Part shown: piece after piece, positions 1 through 13,825 of the stretch
Numbering within the stretch: the stretch's first letter is position 1
How the letters are laid out: each line of letters starts with the position of its first letter
Position numbers and translations under genes: made by a program
NCBI RefSeq assembly: GCF_009914755.1
Contig: NC_060932.1
From: the human T2T-CHM13v2.0 reference genome, Homo sapiens
Strand: one strand, 5' to 3'
DNA: 64,000 nucleotides
The notes under the pieces: generated by a model
Databases searched by the model: none
The model's input: the letters and a program-made list of their open reading frames with translations, nothing else
What the model was told of the DNA's origin: nothing

Positions 1-438
1 GCTGTGCCAATAAGAAAAGGCTACCTGGTGGCCAGGCATGTTCAACATGGAGGCTTCATCTTCCCTTTTCTTTGTCAACCACATGTACAGTAAGGAACAG
101 ACAACACGGTGTTGACCAGGTAGAGAGCCCATTGGCATAATAAAGATTAGGGTGGGGTGGCCAGCTTCTTCATGTAAATGGCACATCTGGTCCGACCAAT
201 CTTTTGGGCCCTACATAAATCAGACACCGCCTCCTTAAGCTTATCTATAAAACCCTGTGCATTTCACCACAAAGCCAGAAGATCCGCTTGGGAGCCCATC
301 TCTCTCTGCAGGGGAGAGAGTTTTCTCTTTCTCTCTATTAAACCTCCACTCTTAAACTCACTCCTGTGTGTTCACATCCTTGATTCCCTTGGCGTGAGGC
401 AATGAAGCTCAGGTATCACCCCAGACAACGCCACTTCA
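1..438 (+). mobile_element. ERV1-class LTR (MER50-like), cut by the window edge
   Basis: Strongly similar to 2462-3053; ends ...CCCCAGACAACGCCACTTCA; family name from memory. Confidence 0.7.
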
Positions 439-900
439 GCCCTACACATCTCTTCATCTGCATCTGTTGTGATGTCCTTTATAGTAAACTGGTAAACCTA
501 AGTGTTTTACTGAGTTCTGTGAACCACTCTAGCAAATAATCAAACCCAAAGAGGGGTTGCAGGAACCCTAGCTTGAAGCTAGTCAGTCAGAAGCTGCGGA
601 AGCTGGGACTTGTGACTGGTGTCTGAACTGGTGGCCGGGGCATTCTTGGAGACTGAGCCCTCAACTTGTGGGATCTGATGCCATCTCTAGGTAAATAGTG
701 TCAGAATTGAATCAGAGGACACCTGGCTGGTGTCTGCTGCCAAATCGATTGCTCAGTTGGTGATGGGGATGACATTTGGTCACAGAAGTCCATCTGTGTT
801 GATAATTGTGGTGTGAGGGCAAGAGACACCACCAGGCCAAAAGCATGCAATCCCCGCCTGTGTGCTCCCCTGGAGAGGTTGAATGTGTTGTGTTTCCCCA
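439..900 (+). mobile_element. MER21-like LTR, 3' part
   Basis: MER21-type motifs CTGAGTTCTGTGAACCACTCTAGCAAAT and TGTGGGATCTGATGCCATCTCTAGGTAAATAGTGTCAGAATTG. Confidence 0.6.
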
Positions 901-2461
901 TGTGGCCTTGGGTCAGGGATTAGAGGGTCACACAAACCTTCCCCACCCACAAGCTCCACCCCTTCAGCCCAGTTCCACCCACTTGGTGACTCTGGACAAC
1001 GCTCTGGCCCTCTCTGAGTCTCAGTATCTTCATTTGTAAAATGGAGATTACACCCACTGCATAAACACAGTGTGTGAGGATGAGGCATGGAGAGCATTTG
1101 CCACTGTGCCTGACACACATTAGAGATGGCAAGGAAACTGCAAGCCACTTGCACACACCAAGCCCCCAGTAAAAATAGCCCCAGGCAACCAGCCCGGTTG
1201 TGTCTGAAACCTCCTAGCTGCAGCTTCCACACCTGCCTGGCTCTGCACCTCCTGATCCACTCCTGGGTCTCTTTGGTTCCAGTCCCAGCTTCCCCACCTC
1301 CTTCCCAGACCCACACTTGATCCTGGGACCCCACTGCAGATTCAGCTTCTCTGGCTTTGCCTCTGTCCTCCAGATCTATCTAGAGGTAACTGACTCATCC
1401 CTCCAACGTACTTGGAATGAGTTTTGCAGTCCCCAGTCTAGGTTCTAGGGGGCCCAGGCTGAAGCACCCATCAGTGGGGGACACAATTGTGAAACTGAAA
1501 ACTGATTAAAAATTTGCTGTGGAGCTCTGCTCATAGGGCCCTTCTTGGGGTCCCACTAGTGACCAAATTCTATGGCCTCAGAATCTTCACAGACACTGTT
1601 TCCTGGCCTATTTCCTCTGATTAAATTCTACTCATCCAGTAAACCCCCACTTAAATGTCCATTCCTCAGAGAAGCCTTCCTTGACTGATAATTAGAAACT
1701 AGTCCTCCCCTGCTATATTCTCAGGAAAACTTCTATGCATGTTTCTTTCATTGCATTTATTATAATTTGTACTTAGTATACTTGAGTGATGATTTGTTCA
1801 ATATTTTTCTTCCCTTATATTTATTAGGATATACATATAAGAAAAACTCCAAAAGACAAAACAAGTTTATTTCTCTCTCACATGAAACTTAGAGTTGACT
1901 CTGCTCCACAGAGTCACTTGTTTTGCCATTCCTCATGTGTCACCTTATTTATAAGGTCTGAAAGAGCTCACCTCATTGTCCTCATTTCTGCCAGTGGAAG
2001 GGATAGGGGTGAGGGGGTAGAGGGAGGGTAGTCAGACCCTTTCCCTTTAAGGGCTGGAGCCAAAAGTTGCTCTTGTCACTTTCACTCAAATCCCATTTGT
2101 CCAAACCCAGCCACAAGACCACATGCAGCTGCAAAGTTGGCTAGGAAATGTAGTCTTTATTCTGGATATCTATTTACCCTGCTACCAACCAGAGAATCTA
2201 TTGCTAGAGCAGAAGTGTGAGCAGATGCCAGGAGACAGCTCATGGACCTCTGCCTACTACACCCTGACTGTAAAAAACATGACTGCAGGGACCTCATTTC
2301 TTTCTGTCAAGACTTTACTTGTACTCAGTCTCAACCCTAGTGCTTCATCCATATGGGAGATGGGGTGCCTTGGGGTAGATGATAGTGGAAATTTAGAGGA
2401 GTGGACAGGCTTAGGATCCAAGTTGGAGGTGAGGCCCATGGGACTTGCAGATAGATATAAG

Positions 2462-3053
2462 TGATACAGGAGATAGAAAGAAATTATTTAGGCAGATAGT
2501 GAGTGTCAAAGAGTCCTTGGCAAGGTTTCCCTTTGAACAAAAGCAGCCCAAAAAATTATTTTTTTCTAACAAAGAGCAGCCTGAAAAATTGAACTGCAAA
2601 CATAGATAAGCAAGCTGGAAGCTTATATGGGTGAATGCTGGCAGCTGTGCCAACAGAAAAGGGCTACCTGGGTGCCAGGCATGTCCAATATGGAGACTCC
2701 ATCTTCCCTTTACTTTGTTACCACATGTACAGTAAAGAAACAAGCAACACAGCACCCGTCAGGTAGATAACCCATCTGCATAATAAAAAATTAGGGTGAG
2801 GACAGCCAAAAATCCATGATCTCTGCAAATGGCACACCTACCCCTAACCAGCTCATCTATAAAACCCCCTGCATTTCACCGTGGAAGCAGAAACCTGTTT
2901 GGGACCCCTCACTCTGCAGGAGAAAGCTCTTCTGTTTCTTTTGCCTATTAAACCTCTGTTCTTAACCTCACTCCCTGTGTATCCTCATCCTTGATTTCCT
3001 TGGCCATGAGACAATGAACCTTGGGTACCACCCCAGACAGTGAGGTTGCTTCA
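2462..3053 (+). mobile_element. Solo ERV1 LTR (MER50-like)
   Basis: TG...CA termini (TGATACAGGAG...GCTTCA), near-matching 4-bp flanks TAAG/TGAG, ATTAAA signal. Confidence 0.75.
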
Positions 3054-4357
3054 TGAGCACAAGTATCTGTGGAGGACAATAGAAAGGCATCCTCTTGTAT
3101 TATTATTTGCCTTTTCAAGCGTGTATTCCTTAATTACCCAAAAAAATTCTAGGCTACTCAAGCAGGAAATCAAGGTAGAATATAAACATGGGTCCCAATC
3201 TCATTTCTACCATTTAACCAGTTGTAGGAACTTGAGCCTCAGTCTTTTTATCTGTAAATTGGGGATTAATATACCACATTGTGGGATGAAATGGGCTAAT
3301 TCTGACGTAAATATAAATGCCGAGCACAGTGCCTGACATATATTAGATACTCAGTACATAAATTGGAGCTCTTCTACTGCTGCATAGCTCCTCACCCATC
3401 CCAGAACCTGGTGCAGGGAGTATCAATCACTATTCGTTCATGGAGGGATATGCAGATGGGGTAATCGTTATGCTCTGAACAAAGCCATCCAGCATTTTCT
3501 CCAGAAGGATTGATGTCTGCTGGATCCCCACTGGACTTCAGGTTCTTAGTGATGCCTTCTTCACATGCTCCTCTTTCCCAGGAAACAGCTTTTTCCTGGA
3601 TTGGACCCTCTGAGTTCTGTGGAGATACCCATGACTCATTGTCATCGACCCAGCACCCATGCTCAGTTCAAATGTTACCTCTTCTCTTAAGCCTTCCCTG
3701 GTCTTCTTCTTCCCACTAGCTCCTGCCCAGGAAGACCTAGAAGAACCAGTCACTTCCTATATGGTCTTCCTGCTCCCTGTTCTTGTATCTGCTTGAGCGT
3801 TTATCTCACTGGTGACTGGGGAAGATTTGGGGCTGATTCCATTTGGTATCAACCAAGCACAGACTGTGAGGCTTTTCCTTCTACCCTTTAATTACTCAGG
3901 GACTTGGGCCATTAAAAGAAGGTTGTCTGTACAAGATTAGTCAGAATGTGATTGAACAGAACCTTGCAGGCACACATGGGCACCACTTTTGCTAATTATC
4001 AGAGGGCAACATGCTGGTTGCAAATGAGGTCAGATGCCAAGGAGAAGAGGTGCACTGTAGCTCCCCAGCATAGGCAAAGTGCATTGCTCAGAGGTATAGA
4101 AATGCCACAGGCTGCAGGTGCTAATCTAGTTTTCAGAGAACCCTCTGGTTCTGACTTAGGACTCTGCTGGAATGGAAGCCAGGCAGATCTGTGAAGACTG
4201 ATTTGGCACGGCTCTGCTGTACATGGTTTCTCTAGGCTTGGACCCTTCATCTTGGTCCCCACCCATCCCACTGACATTGACCCTTCAGAGTTCCCATAAA
4301 GACTCTTTTCTAGTCTCAGAGGAAGAAAGTGAAACTTTACCCTGTCTCGCCTTATAA

Positions 4358-4940
<583 letters not shown>

Positions 4941-5865
4941 AGGCACAAGCTTTTAACAAGACACTTGAAAACTTTTTCTCTAATTCTTCTATATCATCCC
5001 TTCACTGAGGCACAGGGGCAACTTGTTCAGTTATCTGAACAAGGAAGGAGTCACAGGTAGCCAGAAGCATGAGTGGGTGCTTGGGGGAAATTTTGGTTAA
5101 GAGTTCAAAGATTAACTGCATTACACTGTCATGTCAATGTTTACTCTCATCTTACCCTGAGACTGACAGCTCTTTGCAAGCTGAAACTGTGCACTAGTGC
5201 TATTGTCTTTACATGCAAGACCTCTTTGGGACACGTTTTTTGAAACACCACATCAATAGACCATAAATGTGAATGAACTCCCTTTGTTAGAAAATCATCA
5301 TAACTTCATTAGCCTCTCAGGGTTCAAAGTTAAAAAAAAAAAAAAGAAAGAAAATGATCGTAACTTCCATTTGTAAGCACTTTACAGATTTGTCTTCATG
5401 ACTTTATTTAATCCTCCAAACAATCCTGCTAAGGAAGGCTAGGCATTACTATTTCTTACTTTATGCAGGGCCGAGGCTGAGATCAAGGTCTGCTTGCTTC
5501 ATAGCCCATGTCCTTTCCATTAGGAGGAAGAACAGGAAAAGGAGGTGGGAAGGGTATGTTACCATAATCAGAATCCTGGATTCCCTGATAGCATCTTCGG
5601 CCAAACTTGGAAGTGAAGTCCCTTATTTCAGGGTCACATGGAAGCCTAGGGTGGGTGAATAATCTGAGAAAGAATGCTAATGCTGGATAATGCCTCACTT
5701 GGTCACAGTGGCTAATAGGAGACTTCACTGCTTTAGCAAAGAGTTCTCCAACATTTTTGTCCCCTCCCATTCTTGAAAATTACTGAGGCTCTAAAAGAGC
5801 TTTTGTTTATACGGGTTGTACCTATCAATCTTTGCAGTAGTAGAAATTAGAATGGAGGAAATTTT

Positions 5866-6068
5866 TTCAACTTTTATTTTACGGAGTACATATGCATGTT
5901 TCTTACATAGGTATATTGCATGATGTACCTATGCATGATGCTGAGGTTTGGAGTACAAATGAATTCGTCACCCAGGTAGTGAGCATTGTACCCAATAAGT
6001 AGCTTTTTTCAACCCTTACTGCCTCCCTCTCTGTCTCGCCTTGAATTCCTCAGTGTCTGTTGTTCCCA
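5866..6068 (-). mobile_element. L1 3' end fragment (L1PB/L1MA-like)
   Basis: GTCACCCAGGTAGTGAGCATTGTACCCAATA..., typical antisense L1 3'UTR. Confidence 0.7.
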
Positions 6069-6374
6069 TTTTTTTTTTTTTTTTTTTTTTTTTGTGAGAA
6101 GGAGTCTCGCTCTGTCATCCAGGCTAAAGTGCAGTGGCGCGATCTCAACTCACTGCAACATCTGCCTCCCAGGTTCAAGCAATTCTCTGCCTCAGCCTCC
6201 CGAGTAGCTGGGATTACAGATGCCCACCAACACACCTGGTTAATTTTTGTATTTTTCATAGAGATGGGGTTTCACCATCTTGGCCAGGCTGGTCTTGAAC
6301 TCCTGACCTCGTGATCCACCCACTTTGGCCTCCCAATGTGCTGGGATTACAGGCGTGAGCCACCATGCCCAGCC
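6069..6374 (-). mobile_element. AluS
   Basis: Poly(T) followed by Alu reverse complement. Confidence 0.95.
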
Positions 6375-7549
6375 TGGAAGCATACTTCTTTATGCAATAG
6401 CAAAGAATCACATTTATTAATATGACCACTGATATCCTCAGAAACATCTTTAAGTATTGGAAAGCTATCAAATGCATAGTGGCAAATAACACTTTTTTCT
6501 GAAAAATTCTAATTTTCACTTGAAAGCTCAAATGTTGTCATTGGCAACAGTCAGTGGCGTTCCTTGATGTGACAGGCTCACTTTGTTCATTTGTTAAGAA
6601 AATGCCTGCCAAATACCCAAGTCTAAATCAGTATAGTTTGTCAGCCATTATCTCAAGTAAAACTTGCATTGCATGCAAAAAAAATAGTTCAGCTTGCAAC
6701 TTAAATAATTGCAGAAGTACTTTTCCTCAAGACAACCATTTTATTTTGGTATGCAGCAGAAATACTTCGTGTGGACTTCCCATTTATTAAGAAATCAGTG
6801 TGAAACTGGCTATTACCTCTCCTGTGAGTGATTGAGGGGATGAAGAATCAGTGCCACTGCCTCAATTCATGCTAAGGCAGTTTTTTTTACCTGTCTTTGC
6901 TTTGGCATCATACGTGAAAATGGAGAATTTTTGCTTATGGAGAAAAGGCAAATAATGTTTTTGCATTATTGGGGAAATAGCTTTGACCTTGAGGACCCTC
7001 TGAAAAGGTCTTAGGCATCCCTAGGGGCCCATGGATCATCCTTTGAGAACCACTGACCTCATGAAATAACTGGTGGCGGAATTCAAGATTCAGCTGGTAG
7101 AGAAGAACAGTCATTCCTCTCCATATCAGGAGATTTGTGTTCAGTCCCATCCCTTCTCTGGCCTTAGTTGTATCTTCTGTAAAAGGGGATAATAATATGT
7201 CCTCCCTACAGAGCTGTTATGAGAAGTCAGTCATGACAATGTAGTGAAAACATGTGATTGCGGATAAAGCTCTGAGGGAATCAAAGAACTAGACAATTTA
7301 TTCAGGGTCTGTGAGTATTGTGGGGGAGGAAGAAACCTAAGCCTCCCATCATATTGCCAAGATGACCATCTGCTCTGCCCATGTAACTCAAGCTAGAAGA
7401 GGAAGGAGCTGCTACCCATGGTGCCCCCTCCAGGGACCAGCAGTAACCTTGAAGCCTCCTCCGTCTCCCATTCCTTTGCCCTTAGTGACTCCTCAGTTCT
7501 GCCCAGATACCCTACATTGCTTTAGTCAATTTACTCTTCTCCTTTCCAA

Positions 7550-7842
7550 GACAAACACAGGAGAAAATCTAGCTCCAGGGCTAGGCAAAGCGTTCCTACA
7601 CTTGACATGAAAAGCACAATCCATAAAAGGTGAAATTAATCAATTAGACCTCATCAAAATTAAAAGCTTTTGCTCAGCAGAGGCCCTGTTAAGATGAAAA
7701 GGCAAGCTAGTCACAGACTGGGAGAAAATATTCGCAAGTCACACATCTGACTAAGAACTTGTGTCTAGAATATATAAAAAATTCTCAAAAGTGAACAGTG
7801 AAAAACTGTTTAGAAAATAAAACATAGAAAATGAGCAAAAGA
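7550..7842 (+). mobile_element. Old L1M ORF2 3' fragment, left of the MRS2 retrocopy
   Basis: L1 motifs AAAAGCACAATCCATAAAA, ACAGACTGGGAGAAAATATT; the L1 resumes at 10157. Confidence 0.8.
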
Positions 7843-10156
7843 GCGCCAGGTGAGTGCTGCGGACTGAGCCGCCACAGTCCGGCATGAGGGCTTGGGGTCT
7901 GGCTACTGCCTGCTTCTAGCTGTAGTGCCATGAATGCCTGCAGAGCTTGCCCTGCCTCCTGACCCATGCAATGGGACTTCCCTGGCCTTGGATCTGACCT
8001 GTGTGGGCCCGCCGGCTCTGCGTAGCAGGTGCAATGCATGGGTTTAGAACTTCTGATGTCTCTCAAGCCACTGTAGGCAGTGTAGCCCCAGTATTTACCG
8101 CAACAAAATTTGACAAACAGGGAAATGTTACTCCTTTTGAAAGGAAGAAAACTGACTTATACCAAGAGTTAGGTCTTCAAGCCAGAGACTTGAGATTTCA
8201 GCATGTAGTGAGCATCACAACCAGAAACGGCAGGTTTATCATGACAATGGAGTATTTGAAAGCTGTGATAACTCCAGAGTGTCTCCTGATATTAGATGAT
8301 GGTAATTTAAATTTAGAGCAATGGCTGTTCTGGGAACTCCCTTCACAGTTGTCTGGAGAGGGTCAACCTGTTACATACTCTTTACCTTTTGAGTTTAGTG
8401 CTATGGAAGCACCCCTGAAATACTGGATCAACCCCCTTTAGAGGAAACGTAGCGTTTTGCAGACACTGACCTTTGAGACCTTAGAAGCTTTCAAACATTC
8501 TTCTGTGGACAAAAGCTAACCGCATATTTTACTACGGAATGACAAAAGTCTATCAGAGTTAGAAACAGATATTAAAATTTTCCAAGAGTCAATTTTGGAG
8601 ATCTTGGGTGAGGAAAAGTTACTAGAAGAGCTCTGTCTATCAAAATGGAGTGACCCACCAGTCTTTGAAAAGAGCAGTACTGGGATTCGCCATGCAGAAT
8701 GTAAGGTTAGCTGAGAGAAAAGACGAGAGAGAGACCCAAGGTCAGGCAAGGATGTTTATTAACCTGCCAGGCTGCTCCACTACAGTCAGAGGAGGCAGCC
8801 CTGAGCTTACAAAATGAGGGGTTTATATTGGGGAAAGAGACCCTGGGGTTGTTTTTCGGTTAACTTTACCACATAGCATCTCGTGACCGGCTTACAATAT
8901 ATTATCTTGTGAAAATAGGAATTTACAAGAGGGTGTTACTTAGGTTTATCCACGTTTCTCGTGACCTCCCCCGTGCCAGCCGGAGGGCTGTAAGCAAGTC
9001 TGGTGACCTTGCTGGAGCACCTAGATAAGGGTTCAGGAATGCAGCTGCAGAGTATTCAGCGTAGGGGTCAGCTGCACTGAGAGGCAGGGGCAGGTCCTGG
9101 GGTAGCTTGTCCCTAACACAGAAGAGATGGACCTGCTGTTGGAAAACTACTACCTATTGGCTGACGATCTCTTCAATACAGTTTGGGAGCTTAGGGTACT
9201 GACTGATGATTCACGAAGTATCATTTTCATCAATCTGGACAGCCACCGTAATGTGATGATGAGGTTGAATCTACTGCTGACCATGGGAATCTTCTCTCTT
9301 TCACTCTTTGGACTAATGGGAATTGCTTTTGGAATGATTTTGGAATCCTCCTTGAAGAGGACCCTAGAGTGTTTTGGCTGATTACAGGAATTATGTTCAT
9401 GGGAAGTAGCCTCATCTGGAGGCGCCTGCTTTCATTCCTTGGACGACAGCCGGAAGCTCCGTTGCCTCCTATGATGGCCTCTTTACTGAAAAAGATCCTT
9501 CTGGCAGATAGAAGCATGGAATTGAAAAACAGCCTCAGACTAGATGGACCTGGATCAGGCTGAAGCATCCTCACAAACCATTAGGAACAACCCCATGGAT
9601 ACTGACGTTTTGTCATGGTAGTCACAGGAAACTTCTGATACTCTTTTATTATTTTCTTGGTTAGAGTCAGACACTTGAAAAAAATTAATGTCCGATGACA
9701 AAAATATTTTGGCAATCACAATACTAGAATGTGATTGCATTTCCAGAATTCTGAGTTAAAGAAACAGAGTGTTTGTTTTGTAAAAGGCCAAAATTCTATT
9801 TCCTACAAACTTTAAATGCTGTTTCTATAGGCATAAGGGGTGGCAAGACAAGAACGACAGTTGTATACATTTTATTTAATTTATATATATCAAGAAAAGT
9901 GCAATTTTGTGCTGGATGAAGCCTAGGAACTTGACAAAGCCATAGACAGCCATAGTTCTTTGTCAGTATAGGAAATTAAGTTCATGTGAATTTCCTGATT
10001 CTCAGGTAACTAAAAAGCTAGCATTCCATGTATTAACCTTAAAACAAACTCTAGAAGTTTGTGGTTTAAAAACTAAACTTTGACATAACCTTATTTTCTT
10101 GTATTTGCACCCCTTTTTAATATAAGGTGAATAAAAAGCAAAGATAATTTAAAAAA
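7843..10156 (+). pseudogene. Processed pseudogene of MRS2 (mitochondrial Mg2+ channel, CorA family)
   Basis: Intronless MRS2 peptides (FRTSDVSQAT...LQARDLRFQH..., DSHRNVMMRLN..., MELKNSLRLDG); ATG at 7930, native stop at 9582-9584, AATAAA at 10130, short A tail, 17-bp TSD AGAAAATGAGCA(A/G)AAGA at 7826-7842 and 10157-10173; frameshifts, stops at 8439 and 9561, LTR insertion. Confidence 0.97.
8700..9118 (-). mobile_element. Solo ERV LTR inside the MRS2 pseudogene (tentatively LTR21/HERV-F-like)
   Basis: 419 bp, TG...CA ends, perfect 5-bp TSD CAGAA (8695-8699, 9119-9123); minus-strand TATA and AATAAA; MRS2 frame HAE|EM resumes after it. Confidence 0.9.
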
Positions 10157-10425
10157 AGAAAATGAGCAGAAGACATGAGCAAAGCTTTCACTGCAGAAGA
10201 TGTACAGATGGTAAATATGCACATAAAAGATGTTTAACATCATTACATTAGGAGAATACAATTTAAAACCAAAAAAAGAGATATCCTGGGTATACTGTAC
10301 TACATACAGTTTGGCAAGATGTTACCACTGGGAGAAAATGAGTAAAAGGTACACAGGTTTTATCTGCACCATTACTTACAATTATACATGGATCTATAAT
10401 TGTCTGGAAATAAATAGTATCTTTT
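10157..10425 (+). mobile_element. L1M continuation and 3' fragments
   Basis: ATGAGCAGAAGACATGAGC...AAAGATGTTTAACATCATTA, L1 ORF2 tail sequence. Confidence 0.7.
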
Positions 10426-10454
10426 TAATAAATTAAGTAAATAAATAATGCCAC

Positions 10455-10885
10455 AGTCCTGCTCCAAATTTCCAAGTTTTTCCCATCACACTTGGAATAA
10501 ATCCCAAGTACTGATCATGTCTTACAAGTCCAACAGGCTGTGGCCTCTGCCTCTAATTTCATCTCAGATGACTCTCCTCCACACTTACTCCTTTCTCAGC
10601 ACACTGGCTTTCTTGTGATTTCTTGAATTTCCAAGCTTATTCCTACCTGATCAGGGCCTTTGAATTTTAAGTTTCTTCTACTGGGAACCCTCTTTTCCCA
10701 GGTCTTTGCATGGTTCTCCTTCATCACTCTGGTCTTTGTATATTTGTATATTGCCTGCCTCTCTAAGTGGACCGTAGGCTCAATGTGGGCGGGGTCTTTG
10801 CCTACACGGTTCACCATTGCACCCGTCATGCGTGGAGTGTGGTATGTGCTCAATAAATCTTGTTGAATGAATGAATGAATGAATA
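10455..10885 (+). mobile_element. L2 3' end
   Basis: Ends GCTCAATAAATCTTGTTGAATGAATGAATGAAT, the L2 terminus. Confidence 0.75.
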
Positions 10886-12124
10886 TTAAAATGGCAGGTT
10901 GACTTGGGTCAGTGTTTGCTTTACCACATTACTCTGTGCTGAGCCTTCCTTATGCTCCTTACAAAACAGATGTGCTTAGGCATGGGGAAATAGTTTCAGA
11001 AATAGTAAGATCTAGGTTTGAGTCGCACTCTTAACACTCTTCTGCTCATTGTCCATTTGACCAAATCACATCAACTTTTTGAGCTCTATTTTCTCATCTG
11101 AAATATGAGTTGCCCTAAGGAGCCTGGGGATATTAAGATATCAATATCTCTCCCCTAGACCTGCTCCTCCTCCTGGTTATTCCCATTTCAACTCATGGTG
11201 CCTCCATCCACCCCCACACCCAAGCCAAGAACCTGGATGAATCAGCCTCAGTGCTTTCCTTCTTCATTCACCCCACACCCAAGCAATTGCCAAGTCTTGA
11301 CAAGTCTACTCCTAAATCTTTTTCATATATCTCTTCCATATCTCTCTGTCTTCCCTGCTCATCATCTCTTGCCTAACCATTGCAATATCCTCCTTAATTG
11401 GTCTTTCCCATTCATCATCCATAATGCTGATGAAATAATCTATTATGCAAATTTGATTATGTCAGTGCCTTGCCTAAAACCCTTAAATCGTTCTGCAATG
11501 GATTCCAGATATAGAGCAAATTCCTTCCCTTGGCACTGATCTGGCTCCTACCCATCTCTTAATCCCTTTATTCACTCCTCCCTAACACTTCTCATAAGCT
11601 GAACAAGCCATATGCTGGAGCAAGCTGTCCTCAGCCACACCCCCTGACTTTGCACATGTTGTTCCATCTGTCTGGATGGCCTCCCTCACTGCCTGGCACC
11701 TCTAAGACTTCCAGAGTCCAGCTTAGCATCACCTGGTGGGCATCCCTGACTTGCCAGTCTGTTCGGTGCTTCTCTCTGTACTTCCATGATAACTCAGGTC
11801 CAAGTCTATCACAGCACACAGTAGAGCTTAGCACATAGTAGGCACTTAGACAGTTAGCAAATCAATGATTTGGGCCAGACATTAGTAAGAGTATTAAACC
11901 TACAAATCCTTGTACATGCTGCAATGAGCTATGAAGGGATGGGCTTTTTTTTCTTCTTTTCTCTTGCGCTAAATGAAGATGTCTAGTTGTAATATTCTGC
12001 TGATAACCTGGCTTCAGCCCTGCCCAGGGGCAAAAAAATAAAATGGACAAGATGATCTTGGAAATCACCCATCTTCAAAGTTCTTCCAGCTCAGTGTGTG
12101 ATCTTGGCTAACAAATGAAGTCTG

Positions 12125-12312
12125 AACTCAAAGAGATGTGGGTTTGAATCCCAGCTCTGCCACCTAGTAGCTGAATGACCTTGAGCCTTAAGCTCTGTCA
12201 GGAATATAATGGACCTCCACAAAGGGTTGTCATGAGGATTCAATGAAATCATGCAGGAAAGGCACTTAGAATGGTGCCTGGCATTCATAGTAAGCGTTCA
12301 GTAAGTATTTAT
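12125..12312 (+). mobile_element. MIR
   Basis: GGGTTTGAATCCCAGCTCTGCCACCTAGTAGCTG core. Confidence 0.75.
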
Positions 12313-13304
12313 ATATCTCCATCTAGTGGTCTTGGCACAAGAAAGGAAGGCAAAAGAAGAAAAGAATAAATAAATAACAGGAACCAAGAGGCACTCCAGA
12401 TTCGAGGATAGACAGGGAGGGGTGGTGAGCTGAGCCTGACTGGAAAAGCTGTAGCTCCTTCAATGTAGGGCAAATAAAGTGGACATAGAAAGGCAGAAAG
12501 GGAGCTTGTGGGGAGTGGGCATTGCTGTTTATAGACAACTAGGGCAGCTAAGGTTTAGGGACCTGTGTGTATATTCTCAGCCTGCGAGGCCTGTGTATAG
12601 GCCTAATGTAGCCTGGCATTTTCCAGAGTTAGAGAAAGTAGAGGCCTAGGTGTCCCTGCCAGCCCTTGGTGTTCCAGCCTGAAGGCGATTTTGGGGCCTT
12701 CATTCTGCCAATGTATTACAAGCACCTAGTCAATGCCAAGTATGGGCTGTGCCAAAGGGTGAGCCCCAGGGTGAGGGCTGCAACTGAAATCTCTAATGAC
12801 CAATCTGGTTGGTGTTCAGCAAAGAGCACTAACTTTGGAGTCCAAGTGGCCTGGGTTACACTCTGGCTGAGCTCAGTACCAACTGTGTGGCACTGGCTGC
12901 TTCATTTAGCTTTTCTAATCTTCAATTTTCTCACCTGTAAAATGGAAATAAACTACTAACCTCAAAAAAATTGTAGAGTACTAATTGAGATAAGGGAGAA
13001 AATTGCTTAGTACAAAGTAGGCAGTCTGACTCGCAGTAAGGGCCCTTTTATCCAACTTGCTCAGTTTTCCTTTATTGTTATCACTTCTGGGCTAGCATTT
13101 TATATAATTTACTTGTTTGCTTTATCTCCTGTTTCCGTCACTAAAACTTACACATCATGGGTGCAGGGACTCTGTCTAATGTCTTGTTTGCTGCTGAATT
13201 CTCAGCACACAGCACTAACTGGTGGTGTTGAATAAACAACAACAACAACAACAACAATTCTATTTCATCTCTTTCACTAGAATGTAAACTCCATGACAAC
13301 AGGA

Positions 13305-13825
13305 TTGCATCATTTATCTCTTGCTGCATTACAACTCACCCCAAAACTTAGTGGTTCTAAACAATGGTCAAGGCATCTGTAGATCAGGAGTTTAGGAGCG
13401 GGTCAGTTGGGCAGTTCTGGCTCAGGGTCTCTTTGAGGTTGCACCTCAGATGCTAGCTTGGGCTATAGTCCCCTGAAGGCTTGGCAGATCCTGGAGGATC
13501 CAATTTCAAGGTGGCTCACTCACATGGCTGACTGGTGCTGCCCAAGGGGGCCTTTCTACTGACCCTTTGATGGAGCTCTACGGACTGCTGTCCTGATATG
13601 GCAGCTGGCACTCCTTAGAGCAAGCAATCCAAAACACCGTGAAGAAAGCTGAAACTGCCTTGATGATCTAGTCTTACGCCACATGGCAAAAGTCATATAT
13701 CGTCACTCCCTCCACATTTGATTGGTTACTCAGGCTGATCCTGATTCAGTAGGAGGAAACCATATAAGGGCATGAATACCAGGAGGCAAATATTGCTGGG
13801 AGCCATTTGGAGGTTGGGCCACCCA
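13305..13825 (-). mobile_element. MaLR LTR (MLT1F-like)
   Basis: CCCCAAAACTTAGTGG..., AAGGGCATGAATACCAGGAGGC, typical antisense MLT1. Confidence 0.65.

Larger units (their letters stand above)
5735..7056. mobile_element. hAT-Charlie DNA transposon relic (Charlie1-like), interrupted by an L1 3' fragment and an Alu
   Basis: Terminus ...TTTGAGAACCACTG; Charlie1-like internal sequence at 5735-5865 and 6390-7056. Confidence 0.6.

Noticed and set aside
1-3053. Two same-orientation MER50-like LTRs as the ends of one provirus
   Set aside because: The interval holds MER21, MIR, L2 and MLT-like pieces with no gag or pol, the LTRs are visibly diverged, and the second has its own near-TSD.
8001-9563. 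MRS2 ORF fragments as a functional retrogene
   Set aside because: Frameshift right after the ATG, internal stops, LTR insertion and loss of the GMN motif.
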